Virus record (IMG/VR): IMGVR_UViG_3300006990_000020
Coordinates: 1 to 64,000 of that record
DNA length: 64,000 nt
Strand: one strand, 5' to 3'
Source: a virus
Shown here: positions 9,444 to 21,100 of the stretch, piece after piece
Position numbering within the stretch: position 1 is the stretch's first letter
Layout: each line of letters opens with the position of its first letter
Position numbers and translations under genes: made by a program
The notes under the pieces: generated by a model
What the model was told of the DNA's origin: nothing
The model's database searches: none
Seen by the model: the letters and a program-made list of their open reading frames with translations, nothing else

Positions 9444-10415
9444 TTAAAGCATTGCTATTTTTGAGAGCAATGTATCTTCTTTCTTGTAAAGGTTTGCTTC
9501 GTCAAGAGTCTTCATAAATTGTGAATGTGTCATATCACCTACATCATCTGCAGACCTTGTGTCTAAAATATTGACATTGACATCATATGAGTATAACACT
9601 TCAGCAATCTGCATTGATTTATAATACACATCACTATCTAATGCTAGGTTGACTTCGGTTTTATTTTCAACTATCTTTAGAAATAGTTTCATATCAGGTG
9701 TTAAAGATGAACCTAAAAGACAAGTTGAATTATCGTTTGTTTTTAATAAATCTAAAGGTCCTTCAACAATTGTTAGAGGCCTATTCCAGTCAATATTAAT
9801 TTCATTAAATATAATGTTTTTCTTTTTAACATCAGCATTTTTATATTTAAAGGGACTATTTCCAGGTTCATCGATTTTTCTAGAAGTATAAAAATTTATC
9901 TCACCGTTAGCATCTAATGAAGGTAAAATAAGTGATCTTCTAAACTCTTGATCAAGTGAGTATCCCAATCTTAGAAACCATATTTTATGTTTAGATACTC
10001 CTCTTTTTAGTGCGTATTTAAACACGTCTCTAACATCTGGGTTTATAGATCCAAATGCATTTGCTAAGAGCTTGAAACCTCTAGGTGTTTCAACTAATTC
10101 AATTTCTTCAATGTCTTCTTCATCTTCAAATAATGATTTTTTTCTCAAAGACTTTTGAAAATAAATACTAGAAGAATCTACTTTAGAGCTGTTAAGTTTT
10201 GATATTACATAAGATATATTACTACCTTTTTTGCTGCAAATCCAACAATGATAAAGATTTTTTTCTAAATGAATTACTAGTTTTAATTTTTTCTTGTTTG
10301 GGTGTTTACAAAATGGACACCAAATAGATGCATTGACACCGTCCTTTGATAGATTAACGTTAAGGAATGATTCGAGAAAACTAAATTTCTCTTCAATTGA
10401 TTTTTGTCTTGTCAT
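9444..10415 (-). CDS. DnaG-type DNA primase (T4 gp61-like)
   Basis: Zn ribbon CPFC...YHCWIC; KYKN; TOPRIM IVEGPLD and LALDSD; terminal DVGDM. Confidence 0.88.
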   Translation of the reverse strand: MTRQKSIEEKFSFLESFLNVNLSKDGVNASIWCPFCKHPNKKKLKLVIHLEKNLYHCWICSKKGSNISYVISKLNSSKVDSSSIYFQKSLRKKSLFEDEEDIEEIELVETPRGFKLLANAFGSINPDVRDVFKYALKRGVSKHKIWFLRLGYSLDQEFRRSLILPSLDANGEINFYTSRKIDEPGNSPFKYKNADVKKKNIIFNEINIDWNRPLTIVEGPLDLLKTNDNSTCLLGSSLTPDMKLFLKIVENKTEVNLALDSDVYYKSMQIAEVLYSYDVNVNILDTRSADDVGDMTHSQFMKTLDEANLYKKEDTLLSKIAML

Positions 10416-10962
10416 ATAAATAAGCCTTACATATTACATATGCGTCAGACATATCATAACAACATTCGTCATATTTTACAAGTCCTTTATTTGGTCCACT
10501 TTTAAGCACCTTCTCAGGCCAAATAAAATTTTCTCTTTCTCTAACCCATTCAAATACTTGCTCTTTTGTAGACTTGTCTAAAGTTTTATCAATTTTTATT
10601 TGTAAATTCTTCCTAGCTGTGTTTACACTAATATATACAGGTTTACTACCAAGCTCAGTATATGCTAAATAAGATACTATCCCATTAAACCTAGTTAATT
10701 TAGATAGAGTTTTAGCAGAAGACAATCCTCTCTTAAAAGACTGAAGTGCTTCTTCTATAGAAATTTCTACTTTATTATTTATATCGTATCTATTTTTAAG
10801 TTCATTAAAGTAATTTTGTACCTCTAAAGATTTGTCAAATATACACTTTATTTTCTTTAAATTAATATTTTCTAAATTTATTAATTTTTCTTTGTAATCT
10901 AACAAACAAACTCCAATAATAGATGTAGAAATATCTAGTCCTATATAACATACTTTTTGCAT
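10393..10962 (-). CDS. RuvC-like Holliday junction resolvase
   Basis: RNase H-fold acidic motifs IGLDISTSIIG, ISIEE, DMSDAYVI. Confidence 0.8.
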   Translation of the reverse strand: MQKVCYIGLDISTSIIGVCLLDYKEKLINLENINLKKIKCIFDKSLEVQNYFNELKNRYDINNKVEISIEEALQSFKRGLSSAKTLSKLTRFNGIVSYLAYTELGSKPVYISVNTARKNLQIKIDKTLDKSTKEQVFEWVRERENFIWPEKVLKSGPNKGLVKYDECCYDMSDAYVICKAYLYDKTKIN

Positions 10963-13900
10963 TAATAATCCATTTTAACTCTAAATAAGACATTGTCGCT
11001 ATCCTTTTTAGCAAATGGTTGTGCTAGTTTAACTGATGCGACTACATTTAGATTTTCATCATGAAGATCTATATCTGTAATATAAACAAAACTTTCATCA
11101 GAGTTAAATGCAGACGCATCTAGTTTCAAAAAATCTGTTTTAGACTTATTTTTAGTTTGATTTGTTTCACCACTTTGCGCCGGCAAATTTAACTCAAATA
11201 TATTTGTGTTAGTTTTAGATTTTGCTTTTATCGAGATATTTGTCTTACCTAAACACCAAACTGATGGGTGATGGAGCATCGATATTCCCTCATTGTAGAT
11301 TATACCTCCACTTGTACACCATTCAGCATGCTTTGTCAAACAATCAGCTCTATATAATGTCCCGAGTCTAGTATCTTTAAAGGTAAGTTGTATACCAGAA
11401 GAAAGAGGTAAATCCACATCTTTTATTTCAAATGTCTCTCTTTTAATAGAATTGTTAAAAACCTGAGTAGAGATGCAATGAATCGTTGATATGTTCTCAT
11501 AGTTATTTAATTCTATAGAGTCTAAAGGACTGTTTATTTTCTTATAAACTATACTTTCGCTATTACTGATACTTTTTGTGTCATAAACTTCATTTTCTGA
11601 TATTGCATTTTCATAGCTAGAATAGAAAGATCTTTGCGCAGGATTAGAAAAACTGCCAAAAAAACCTTGTCTTTCGTTTAAGTTTGGAGTCATTACAGAT
11701 CCGTTATATTGTCCATTACTATAGCTTTGTCTATAACTACTAATTGATTTGACTGTTGCAATATCTTCATTTAAAACGTAAAGTGAGAGAGGAACACTAT
11801 TGTCATTGTGGTAGTTTGATAGAGAAATATTTAGTAATTTATCACTATTTTCTTTAAATCTAGGTATTGTATCTAATCTAAACTGAGGTCCGACAAATGA
11901 GGCACCTGCTGATAAAAGCCTGCCAACTTTAGAAGCTATATCATAATATCTCTCCTCAGTATTGTTTGTTAATATATTACGTCTTTGAGACCTAGACTTA
12001 AAAACACTAAATCTCTTATCACTTTTTTCTAAATTAACTATATCTAGACGTGTATTATCAAATCTATCTGTATGAATTTGATATAGCTCATTTCTGTCGT
12101 AGTCAAAGTTATCCTTGTTATAGTATTGTTCTTGCATCCCATTATCATTTGGGAGAATCATGTAATTTCTATAGATGATATTATTAGTTTGATGATTGTA
12201 GTTACTTAAATTAGCAATTTCATCACTATTTAAGATTGAACTATCAAAAACCTTAAAAAGAAGATCATCAGCAGTCCCACCTCTTTTTACGACCTTGTTT
12301 AGATTGTAGTTATTTAGAATATTGTCTGGGGACAGTAAAAAGCAATCTGCATATCTATCTTGATCTATGTTATTACCAATAACTATGTTAGGCTGAGTTT
12401 TTGAAACAAACTCCCTACAAAAGTGTTCAACAGAAACATCAGTACCACCAGTAAAAGAATAAAAAACAGGATTAATTGGGTAGTTGTACGATATGTTTTC
12501 TAGTTTTACTTTGAAGTCAGTTAACTGTGGTATCCTATCACTTGATATATCTTGGTTTTCACTGTTTAAATATGGTCCTCTGAGACTGTTTGGTGCAGTG
12601 CCAATAATAGGACTGCCAAATAAACCACCGTCACCTATAGGGGAAAAAGCTTTATAGGGAGCCGAGAGATTTACTAGGCCTTTCTTTTTTACGTCTTGTG
12701 AGTAGTAATAAAAAGGAACATAAAAAATTAAATCATGCGTCGAGCTTTCTTTTTCAATAGAAGATACTCCTTTTCTAGATATCTCTAAACATTTGTCTAT
12801 ATCTAGAAATTGTTTGTAAACCCTAACATCAGCTATCTCGGCAGAAAGTGCTTTACTAGTAGACAATGAAATATAATCAGAATTTTGTTCGCTTAAACTA
12901 TTTTCAAGATCATATGTATTGCTGGTGTTATGAATATCACTTAAAACAGAATCAATCTGCGACCCTAGATTGATATGTTTATTGACGTAAGGTCCTTTGT
13001 TATCATCTTGATTTGTTAAGCTTCTTGAAAAGCACTTATTTACAAAATCACTTATGTCGTTCTTTACAACGTTATGCTTGTTTCCTATTTCAATATAACT
13101 ATTATTGATAGTATTTTGATCAATATTACCTGACTGACCATGTTTTTCGCCAACAATTTTACCGTCAACACAAAGTGTAAAATCATATGTATTGTTGTTT
13201 TTCTTATAACACAGGTTAACTAAATGCCAATTATTATATTTCAGTAAATTATCAGAAGTTAAGTAATCTAGATTATTGTTTTGACTATTAATATCTGTAA
13301 TATCGAAATCATTATTTTCTAGATTATTAAAAGTACTGTTTCCGAACTGCGTGTACAATCTAAAACAATTAGTTAAACCCTTTTCATCTACGCCAGTTCC
13401 TTTTACTAGAAAAACAGATATCACACCTGGGATATTAATTATACAACCCGGATTAAAGTGTTTTCCACTATTGTTTTTATATTTAGGATTAATATAGAAT
13501 GATACTGTAAAGTCTTCTAACTCTTTAAAATTATACTGTTGTTTCAAATTACTATCATAAGCTAAATTAGGATATACTAAGCAATTTTCATGAGTGATAC
13601 TGTCACTAAAGTGTGAGTTTGTTTTTGATCCAATATTGAAAAAGTTTAAACTATTATAATTCTTAAAACCCCAAGTAGACTCGTAAAAATTATTATAATC
13701 AATACGTTTAGCGTAGAAATTTCTTATATTTTTTATTGAAGACTTCTTAAAATAATTTATATCATCAATAATATAACCACATTTGACTCTTTCAATATTA
13801 AACTTATAGCTGTCACTAGATACTTTAACTCGCTGGAGACCTGCTGCAGATAAAGCATTTTTTTTTACGCTAGCACCCGCTGAAGCTTTTAATAACGTCA

Positions 13901-14276
13901 GTGATAGATGTTCTTCCGAAGTAAAATTATCCCTTACTTGCTGTGATATATTAGTGTCGAAAAAGTTATTTGAGATCGAAAAAGCATTTTCTTCTGCAGA
14001 CTTAGACTTTTCAATAACGCCTAAAGGATTAGCATCTTGATCGTCTAGTGAGCCCTTAAAAGATTTGTAGATTGTTGCATTGACGTTGAAAACTTTTTCT
14101 TTACCTAACGATCCTAGACTAATAGCTTTAGAGTTTCTAAATCCGTGCTCTCCAATACTATCTATTTCAAGTCTATCAAGAAAACTATCGTTTGATGCTG
14201 AAACGTAGTTGATTTCCGGTTCAAGTTCAACTTTTGTATGAACTTTCATGTTTCTATTGATAATATTAAGAGTCAT
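10962..14276 (-). CDS. Baseplate/tail-associated structural protein with LamG-like domain
   Basis: LamG-like FTVSFYINP, NNWHLVNL, LCVDG, IADVRVY; C-terminal YITDIDLHDENLNVVASVKLAQP...VKMDY shared with the adjacent 448 aa protein. Confidence 0.65.
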   Translation of the reverse strand: MTLNIINRNMKVHTKVELEPEINYVSASNDSFLDRLEIDSIGEHGFRNSKAISLGSLGKEKVFNVNATIYKSFKGSLDDQDANPLGVIEKSKSAEENAFSISNNFFDTNISQQVRDNFTSEEHLSLTLLKASAGASVKKNALSAAGLQRVKVSSDSYKFNIERVKCGYIIDDINYFKKSSIKNIRNFYAKRIDYNNFYESTWGFKNYNSLNFFNIGSKTNSHFSDSITHENCLVYPNLAYDSNLKQQYNFKELEDFTVSFYINPKYKNNSGKHFNPGCIINIPGVISVFLVKGTGVDEKGLTNCFRLYTQFGNSTFNNLENNDFDITDINSQNNNLDYLTSDNLLKYNNWHLVNLCYKKNNNTYDFTLCVDGKIVGEKHGQSGNIDQNTINNSYIEIGNKHNVVKNDISDFVNKCFSRSLTNQDDNKGPYVNKHINLGSQIDSVLSDIHNTSNTYDLENSLSEQNSDYISLSTSKALSAEIADVRVYKQFLDIDKCLEISRKGVSSIEKESSTHDLIFYVPFYYYSQDVKKKGLVNLSAPYKAFSPIGDGGLFGSPIIGTAPNSLRGPYLNSENQDISSDRIPQLTDFKVKLENISYNYPINPVFYSFTGGTDVSVEHFCREFVSKTQPNIVIGNNIDQDRYADCFLLSPDNILNNYNLNKVVKRGGTADDLLFKVFDSSILNSDEIANLSNYNHQTNNIIYRNYMILPNDNGMQEQYYNKDNFDYDRNELYQIHTDRFDNTRLDIVNLEKSDKRFSVFKSRSQRRNILTNNTEERYYDIASKVGRLLSAGASFVGPQFRLDTIPRFKENSDKLLNISLSNYHNDNSVPLSLYVLNEDIATVKSISSYRQSYSNGQYNGSVMTPNLNERQGFFGSFSNPAQRSFYSSYENAISENEVYDTKSISNSESIVYKKINSPLDSIELNNYENISTIHCISTQVFNNSIKRETFEIKDVDLPLSSGIQLTFKDTRLGTLYRADCLTKHAEWCTSGGIIYNEGISMLHHPSVWCLGKTNISIKAKSKTNTNIFELNLPAQSGETNQTKNKSKTDFLKLDASAFNSDESFVYITDIDLHDENLNVVASVKLAQPFAKKDSDNVLFRVKMDY

Positions 14277-14288
14277 TTTTTTTCCAAG

Positions 14289-15635
14289 CTAGTAATCTAT
14301 TCTTACACTAACTGATAAATCAGTCTCAGTATTTTTCTCAATGGGTCTAGATGTCTTAGCCACAGCTAATAAGTTATTGTTTGAATCATAAAGACCTACT
14401 GTAGTAATATAAGCGAAAGGATTGCTCCCGCCTAGATCATCTGGGTCTTCTATAAATCTAAGTGTACCATCGTCTTTTCTGTAAGACGGGTTTCTAGAAT
14501 AATTTGCTTGGCTCGGTGCTACTCTGCAAATGTAAACAGAAGAGTTAATGAATGTATGATTTAAAAATCCAGCAGCAGTTGCATTTGTTCTTCCAAATCT
14601 TGTAGTACAGACGTGATCTACGATATCATCAATTGAGCCAGAAACCCAGAAGTTAGGAATAAAACTACCACTAAATGTAAGTGTCCCGGAATTAAAAGAA
14701 TCAGCAATAGTCGTAGAGTCGGTATTTGAAGATACAGCAGAAATAGATCCGGAAATGTTTTGATCAACGTCAAATATCTTTTTTGCGTCTAATACAATTA
14801 CACCTTTTTCGTAGAAAATTAATCCTACATTTCCATCATCGCCTGACGAACCTGACCTTTTAAGCGTACCAATACTCCCACCAGAACCTGTTACTCTAAG
14901 TGCAGTACTAGCCCCACTATCAGATAATAATAACGCTGTTGCATCATTTGTATTGATTCCTATGTTTGGCCCCGTGGATGTGTCATTTGCATGTTCGAAT
15001 AACTTTATTACAAACTCATCTTTTACAATCGCGTCTCGTGTAAAGAGTCTTTTAATATTAACAAACAATGCTTCGTCAATTCTCTCATCATAAGACAAAT
15101 TACTAGTACCAGACTCTACATCTACAAAAGAAGACTCATACGGCGCCGTAAAGTAATTTTCTGAATCTCCGAGAAGATACTGCGCATATTGTTTATATAC
15201 GTTGATCTTCTCTCTCATCATCAATACGCTATTTTTGAATATTTTCTTTCCATGTGCATCGATTCCTGTTGGATTGCCATTTTCATCTTCTAGACCCTTC
15301 GTTAAGTCTAAAGCATTTGTAACTGCTGTACTTTCTGAAAAGCAACCAATCGTAATGTCTAGAAGTTCGTTAGCAGTTTGTGTCTCATGATCTTGATCAA
15401 AAACTGTTTGAAAAAGAGAGCTAGTAACTGCTGAAGTATTTGGATCAAGTCCTCCTGTTACAAAGACTTCATATTTTTTTCTTGTCTTTGTATCTGTCTG
15501 AGGAGTTTGAGAAGATTCTCCTGATACACTAGCTATGTCTACTTGTAGTATGTCTACTAATTGCTTAACTCTAGACGTATTTCTAACAACATCTTGATCT
15601 CTAATTGGGAATATTGCGTTTTGTAAATCACTCAT
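14289..15635 (-). CDS. Baseplate/tail-associated structural protein (448 aa)
   Basis: C-terminal YITTVGLYDSNNNLLAVAKTSRPIEK...VRIDY resembles the fibre-attachment motif of phage tail proteins; GLIFYEKGVIVL. Confidence 0.65.
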   Translation of the reverse strand: MSDLQNAIFPIRDQDVVRNTSRVKQLVDILQVDIASVSGESSQTPQTDTKTRKKYEVFVTGGLDPNTSAVTSSLFQTVFDQDHETQTANELLDITIGCFSESTAVTNALDLTKGLEDENGNPTGIDAHGKKIFKNSVLMMREKINVYKQYAQYLLGDSENYFTAPYESSFVDVESGTSNLSYDERIDEALFVNIKRLFTRDAIVKDEFVIKLFEHANDTSTGPNIGINTNDATALLLSDSGASTALRVTGSGGSIGTLKRSGSSGDDGNVGLIFYEKGVIVLDAKKIFDVDQNISGSISAVSSNTDSTTIADSFNSGTLTFSGSFIPNFWVSGSIDDIVDHVCTTRFGRTNATAAGFLNHTFINSSVYICRVAPSQANYSRNPSYRKDDGTLRFIEDPDDLGGSNPFAYITTVGLYDSNNNLLAVAKTSRPIEKNTETDLSVSVRIDY

Positions 15636-15652
15636 TAATTGATTACCTTATA

Positions 15653-16396
15653 TTAAGTTAGTTTATTGCTGGAAATTGTCACAGGAACAATAAGCGTTGC
15701 ATTAGTTCTATTACCAATAATTTCTACTTGTGTTCTTATTGTTGTCCTGTCAGCTTCTAAAGAATAGTATTTAAAACTAGAGTCTGTAGTGACGTCAATT
15801 GACGATATAACAATTTCAGCTGAAACTTGGCCGTTAAACTCATTACTTGAAGTTTTAGACAACCCAACGTTGTATGTTGCAATATCATTTTTAATTGAAG
15901 TTAAACCTTTAGCATTATTAACTGATAATAGCTTATTAAAGACTCTTACTTTAAAGAAATCGTCAACAATTTTAGCATTATTGAGATCAAAATCTTCATC
16001 TTGATTGATTGTTGTTTTGACTCTAATTGTTACCCTTTTAAATGCTTCAGAAGAAGAAGATAAAGATGAAAGCTGCACAGGAGACGTAGTACCATCCAAA
16101 ACAACATCAGGATATGCTAATACTCGGGTTGTATCATTTGAAAGTGTGATTAGTGGATACTTGATTGCAAGATTCTCATTTGTAATAGCTTCAAAAATAG
16201 GTGTATTCTTCTCTATTTTTTCTTTGCCTAGAGCAATACCGTACTGCTCGATAATCGAGTAATCGACTTCGTCGTCTCCTAATTTAAATTTTGTAATGTT
16301 GAAAGATCCGTCATTTCTTGAAAGTAACTCACGACCCTTATCAGTTAAAACTGCATCAATAATAATATTGTTAGTCGCATGATTTAAAAAACCCAT
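15653..16396 (-). CDS. Baseplate/tail-associated structural protein (247 aa)
   Basis: N-terminal IDAVLTDKGRELLS...ITKFKLGDDEVDY; strong AAGGAG SD. Confidence 0.65.
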   Translation of the reverse strand: MGFLNHATNNIIIDAVLTDKGRELLSRNDGSFNITKFKLGDDEVDYSIIEQYGIALGKEKIEKNTPIFEAITNENLAIKYPLITLSNDTTRVLAYPDVVLDGTTSPVQLSSLSSSSEAFKRVTIRVKTTINQDEDFDLNNAKIVDDFFKVRVFNKLLSVNNAKGLTSIKNDIATYNVGLSKTSSNEFNGQVSAEIVISSIDVTTDSSFKYYSLEADRTTIRTQVEIIGNRTNATLIVPVTISSNKLT

Positions 16397-16421
16397 TTAG
16401 CTTTCTCCTTTTATTTAATTA

Positions 16422-16429
16422 TATTTATA
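16422..16429 (-). promoter_or_regulatory. TATAAATA, T4 late-promoter consensus match
   Basis: Exact match in the 45-bp gap upstream of the 247 aa gene; the DNA is AT-rich, so a chance match is possible. Confidence 0.3.
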
Positions 16430-16441
16430 TAGTGATAAAGT

Positions 16442-18103
16442 TTAACCAAAATTACTAATAGTAAATTTATCACTTCGATAAACTAAGCTATTTAGATTAC
16501 TAAAAGTAAACTGGTACTCTACATTTTTTTCTTGTGGGAATAGTTTTTCATCTTCGCTACTTGACAAAACTGAACCATAATCAGGTGTTATGTATACACT
16601 TATTTTTTTAGGATTTTTAACAATAGGCATATTGTCTACAACATCAACTTTGTTTTCAAAAAACATAGACTTATTTCTAATAGTTTCGTTAGGATAACCT
16701 ACTCTTGCACCATGAGATGCAACAGAGTCAACTATGAGTTCATCTCTAAGAAAATCATAATATATAGCTATTTGTTCACTGTAATTTGATACCATGCCAT
16801 GTGCATCAATAGATCTAACTGTATAGATACAAAGTATGTTTTTATTGTACGTTTTATCTTCGAAGAAGTCTGGTATATATCCAGGTGTTTTGTCTATATT
16901 GTTAGCAGAGACCAATTCTATTAATTCATACGCATCTGTTTGAAGGTGACCTTCAAGCTGGCGTGTTAATACAAAAGGCTCTTCAAGGCTTTTCCTTTTT
17001 AATATTTGGTATCCTTTGACATCATTCTCATAGTCTGTAGGATGACGCCATTTTAAAAAAAGCTTGTCGACGAGCTTATCATATTCAGCTGAGATGCCTG
17101 TTGGAGGAGGAGGCGGATTAAATTCCTTACAAATTAAATCATTACTGATATATGGTTCGGTGCATAATAGAAAATGATCTAACATAAATCTGTTTTCTTC
17201 ACTTAAACACATAAAATGATAGACGTAGTGACAAACATATCTATACGTCTCCCCGTATTTAATAGCTTCGTCTTCTAAAGTTTCATTGAAAATACTTTTA
17301 GACTTACTATCTCTTGGTACAAACTTAGCACACTTAAAATTATAAATGTCATCTTCTTTACAAAACTTTTCAACATACAAACCACAAAAAACTGCATTTT
17401 TGTCAATATAATCTTGTACATCACCAAAATTAATAGACTTAGAAATAGGTTTTAAATTAGGAAGTAATACTCCAGACTTAAATTTTTCAACAGAGTCTTT
17501 TTTGTTTTTTCTTGCGTTATAAACTTCTTCACTGTTGATAAGTTGTTGGTAATTTTTTATGTTTTCTGAGTTGAAAACTTCAACATACTCTTTATTTCCA
17601 TACGCAGTCTCATATAGCATATCCATTTCAAAACTTACTTTTTTAGACTTATCTAAACCTCTAAAGTCATTTTCGTCAAAGTCTGAGTTTTTTCCTGAAT
17701 ATATCTTGAAAAAAGATTTTAAGTCATTTATTTTATGATCCTGTATTAAAGATATTTTCGAAGGAGAAAGCATATCGATTCTATTAAAAAAACTTCTATC
17801 TTCTTCATATAAATTTCTATTAGATAAATCAGACAAAAAAGAAGCAAATATCTCTTCAAAGATATTTGCTTCTGAAGTGATTCCTATACTTTTAGGATGT
17901 TCTAAATTAATTCTTATGAATCTGTTTTTACTGTAGTTTGTTTCTCTGTTAGTTATAATGTTATCATCTATTATAGATTCTTTGTCATCATAACTGTTGT
18001 ATATGAAATCAAACTTGCACTCTATCTCCCTAGAATCAAACTTGTCTGCTATTGATACAATGACGTCACTTACATTATCTAAAATCATATTAAAGTACCT
18101 CAA
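16442..18103 (-). CDS. Structural protein with FN3-like domain (553 aa)
   Basis: PPPPTGISA...LFLKWRHP...GYQILKR...YTVRSIDAHGMVSNYS follows the FN3 pattern. Confidence 0.6.
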   Translation of the reverse strand: MRYFNMILDNVSDVIVSIADKFDSREIECKFDFIYNSYDDKESIIDDNIITNRETNYSKNRFIRINLEHPKSIGITSEANIFEEIFASFLSDLSNRNLYEEDRSFFNRIDMLSPSKISLIQDHKINDLKSFFKIYSGKNSDFDENDFRGLDKSKKVSFEMDMLYETAYGNKEYVEVFNSENIKNYQQLINSEEVYNARKNKKDSVEKFKSGVLLPNLKPISKSINFGDVQDYIDKNAVFCGLYVEKFCKEDDIYNFKCAKFVPRDSKSKSIFNETLEDEAIKYGETYRYVCHYVYHFMCLSEENRFMLDHFLLCTEPYISNDLICKEFNPPPPPTGISAEYDKLVDKLFLKWRHPTDYENDVKGYQILKRKSLEEPFVLTRQLEGHLQTDAYELIELVSANNIDKTPGYIPDFFEDKTYNKNILCIYTVRSIDAHGMVSNYSEQIAIYYDFLRDELIVDSVASHGARVGYPNETIRNKSMFFENKVDVVDNMPIVKNPKKISVYITPDYGSVLSSSEDEKLFPQEKNVEYQFTFSNLNSLVYRSDKFTISNFG

Positions 18104-21100
18104 AGCTTATGTAATAACTTATGCACAGGCTTTTATTAAGAGATCCAACGGGACTATTAAAAGAACCTAGTCCCATATCGATTATTTCGTTGCTGCTCGA
18201 TCCTGTGTCTATACTAATTAGGTCTCTGTTAACTACTATGTTAAAAACATCATATATGTTGTTTGGTATCATAGCTAAAATAAGATCTTGTTGTGACATG
18301 TCTCTGTCTAAGTCTTTTATAAACTTATGATAAAATTCATTATTTTTTAAAACTTTACTATTTCCTAGCGTTTGAGTGTATTCTTTGTCATTTTCAACAA
18401 AGTCATCACTTAAAATATTTTCATCAATTTTTCCTATAGCATTTTTCAAGCTTTCAATATCAACTGAATTTAATAAGCTGATTGTTTCTTTATTTATTAA
18501 ATTGTCTAATTTTTCTCCGTTTAATTTAATGTTCTCGTTTAAAGGAGACTGTGTGATAAAGTCTAGATGGCTTATAGCAGAAGAAATAATATTGTCATCA
18601 TAAACACTTGAAGATAACAAGCTAGTATTTGCGTTTAAAACTACTCGACCCTCTTCAGCGGCTAGACTAAAAATATCACTTAAAAGATTTTTAACTTCTG
18701 ATATTGCGATATCCTTAGACACAACATTATACCTCTCAGATATTTTTTGTGTATCATTGTATATTCCGCAAAAGTCAAAAAAGTTACTAGATAAACTAGA
18801 CATAAAATTACTTGTCAATCCTGTTAACATTGGAGTATAATACTTTGAGATAGACTTGTATTCAATTTCAGGATATTTTAAATTAACAGGTTGAATATTT
18901 ATCTTCAAAAAACCTCTTGTACCGATTTTGTTTGCAATTTTAAAATCTATTGGTATTTTTAATATGTCTAGTAAACTATTCACTTCACTACTTGAATAAT
19001 TTCCTATTAAGTTTAAACTTTGAAGTCCTCTGTTGTAGCTATTATTATAAAAAAGCTTTCTATGATTAAACATGTTTTCGTTTTCATATTTTTGTCTATT
19101 ACTATTATAAAGGTTGTTTCTTATAAACGTTTCGTTAAAAATATTTTTATAAAACATTATTTCTTGAATATCCTTAGATAACTTGTTCTGATAGAACTCG
19201 TCAAATATATGGTCTTGTATATTAATTGAGCTTATTCCTTGAATACTATTTATTGTTTTGCTAATTTCTTCTATGTTTTTTTCGAGCTCTTTTTTGTTTT
19301 CTATCTCTAGAATTTTATTCGACTCTAGATTTGCAAAATAACCATGTATAATATCCAAACACAAAGATTCAGATATATCGCTGTTTTGCAGTATTTTATT
19401 TACTACTTGTAATTCAAAGAATCTTTTTGTGTGTATAACATCCCTATTGATAACCGCAGGAGAGTTTTGTAAAATAATATCGCTAGTTTGATATTCTGGA
19501 TTTTCCAACTGTTCAGAATTTTGACTAAGTATTGACTTTATATCACTAACTACAAAAGAACGATTTTCTATGCTAGAATTCAAAATATTGTAGTCTTTAA
19601 CAAAAAACCTGAACTCGTCAATAGACATGTCTTTATTTATAGACTCTAGTCTTATTTTTTCTTCTGTATACGTATTGTAACTTTCAAAACTTTGTAAGTA
19701 TATGATAGAAAAAACTTCAAGAATATCTTGAGTTATTCTTGTCAAATAAGTATTGTTATCTATGAATTTAAATACTTCTTCAACGTTGTTTATATTGTCA
19801 TATTTTATATCAAAAACAGATAACAAGTCTGTACAGATATCTGTTATTTTTCTAGAAAAGGTATTTCTTTTTGTTGAAAGATAAAAATAACTCATAGGTA
19901 TATAGACAAATGAGTTGCGGTATGGGACTACAAGCTTTCCTAAGCCATCATTGTTCAAACCTCTAATATCACTTTTTAATACTCTTTTAAACAAATTATA
20001 CGTTATTTTTAAATCAATGCCTTTGTTTATTTCATCTTTTGCAAAGTTAAAGCCTTTTTTTGAGTAAGATGAGTCTTCTTCGCTTTTTTCGTAAAAAACA
20101 GTACCTGTTTCTTCTTCATTGATAAAAACATCGTAGTTGTATGACATGTTAGAACTAGCCTGGTACAGGTTTTCTCTTAACTCTCTTTTTTTATTGTTTA
20201 TGTTGGCTTGACTACTAAAGAAGTTGTCATTTATAGTCGAAGATTTTCTTATAGCACTGCCAGACACAGATTTAATTGCATCTTCTTTTTTTCCAAATTC
20301 TTTGACTACATAATGTCCAGGAAAAACTAACTCACACATATTTCCGTCTACATAATCTAGACTTAAACCATTAATAGCATCTACAGAAGTTAAATTAAAA
20401 GATTTAATATTATTCATACTGTTAGTATGAACTGATCTGATGATCTTGTTGTTCATGCTGTAAATGTTTTCTTTATTGAATATCACGTTAACAAAGTTGT
20501 TAATAATTTCTTCACCAAAAATTTTTCTTAAATCATCACTAATGTCTTTGTTTAATGTTTTACTACTTGATTTTCCTCCAAAACGAGAAGATGGCAATTT
20601 ATATACAGACTTTATTTGACTATCTATTCCACATGATTTAATGATTGAATTAGCTAGTATAATCTTACAAACATCTTTAACTTCGTTTGCATTGTTTCTA
20701 TTTATACCAGAGAGTGATTTTGCTAATAAAACATCAAATCCAAAATAATTAGATATGTTTGAAAAGCTACGAGGATAATCGCTTTCTAATTCAAACATAT
20801 CAATATTGTCGCTTAATATCCTGTTTAATAAAGTTGATTTACTTCTAACAAAAGACTTTGTATAAATTTTGGACAAATATTTTCTAAACTCTTTTGAAGT
20901 AAAAAGCTTATTGTCTTCAATGTCATTGTCTTTGTCAATAACTAACTTTGTCGTATTTTTATTTTCTGAGTTAAATTCTTCAACGAAGTTGTTCTTATAA
21001 AATCCTTTACTTGTTATAAAAGGGCTTTCTTCAAAAGTATCAATACAATTTTCTTTAAATGTATCATAAAGAAGAGTAAAGTTGTCTTGTTGAACTATTT

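Noticed and set aside
523-10415. Inteins or introns in terL, portal, primase or SbcCD
   Set aside because: Motif spacing is normal and no intein or homing-endonuclease signatures were seen.
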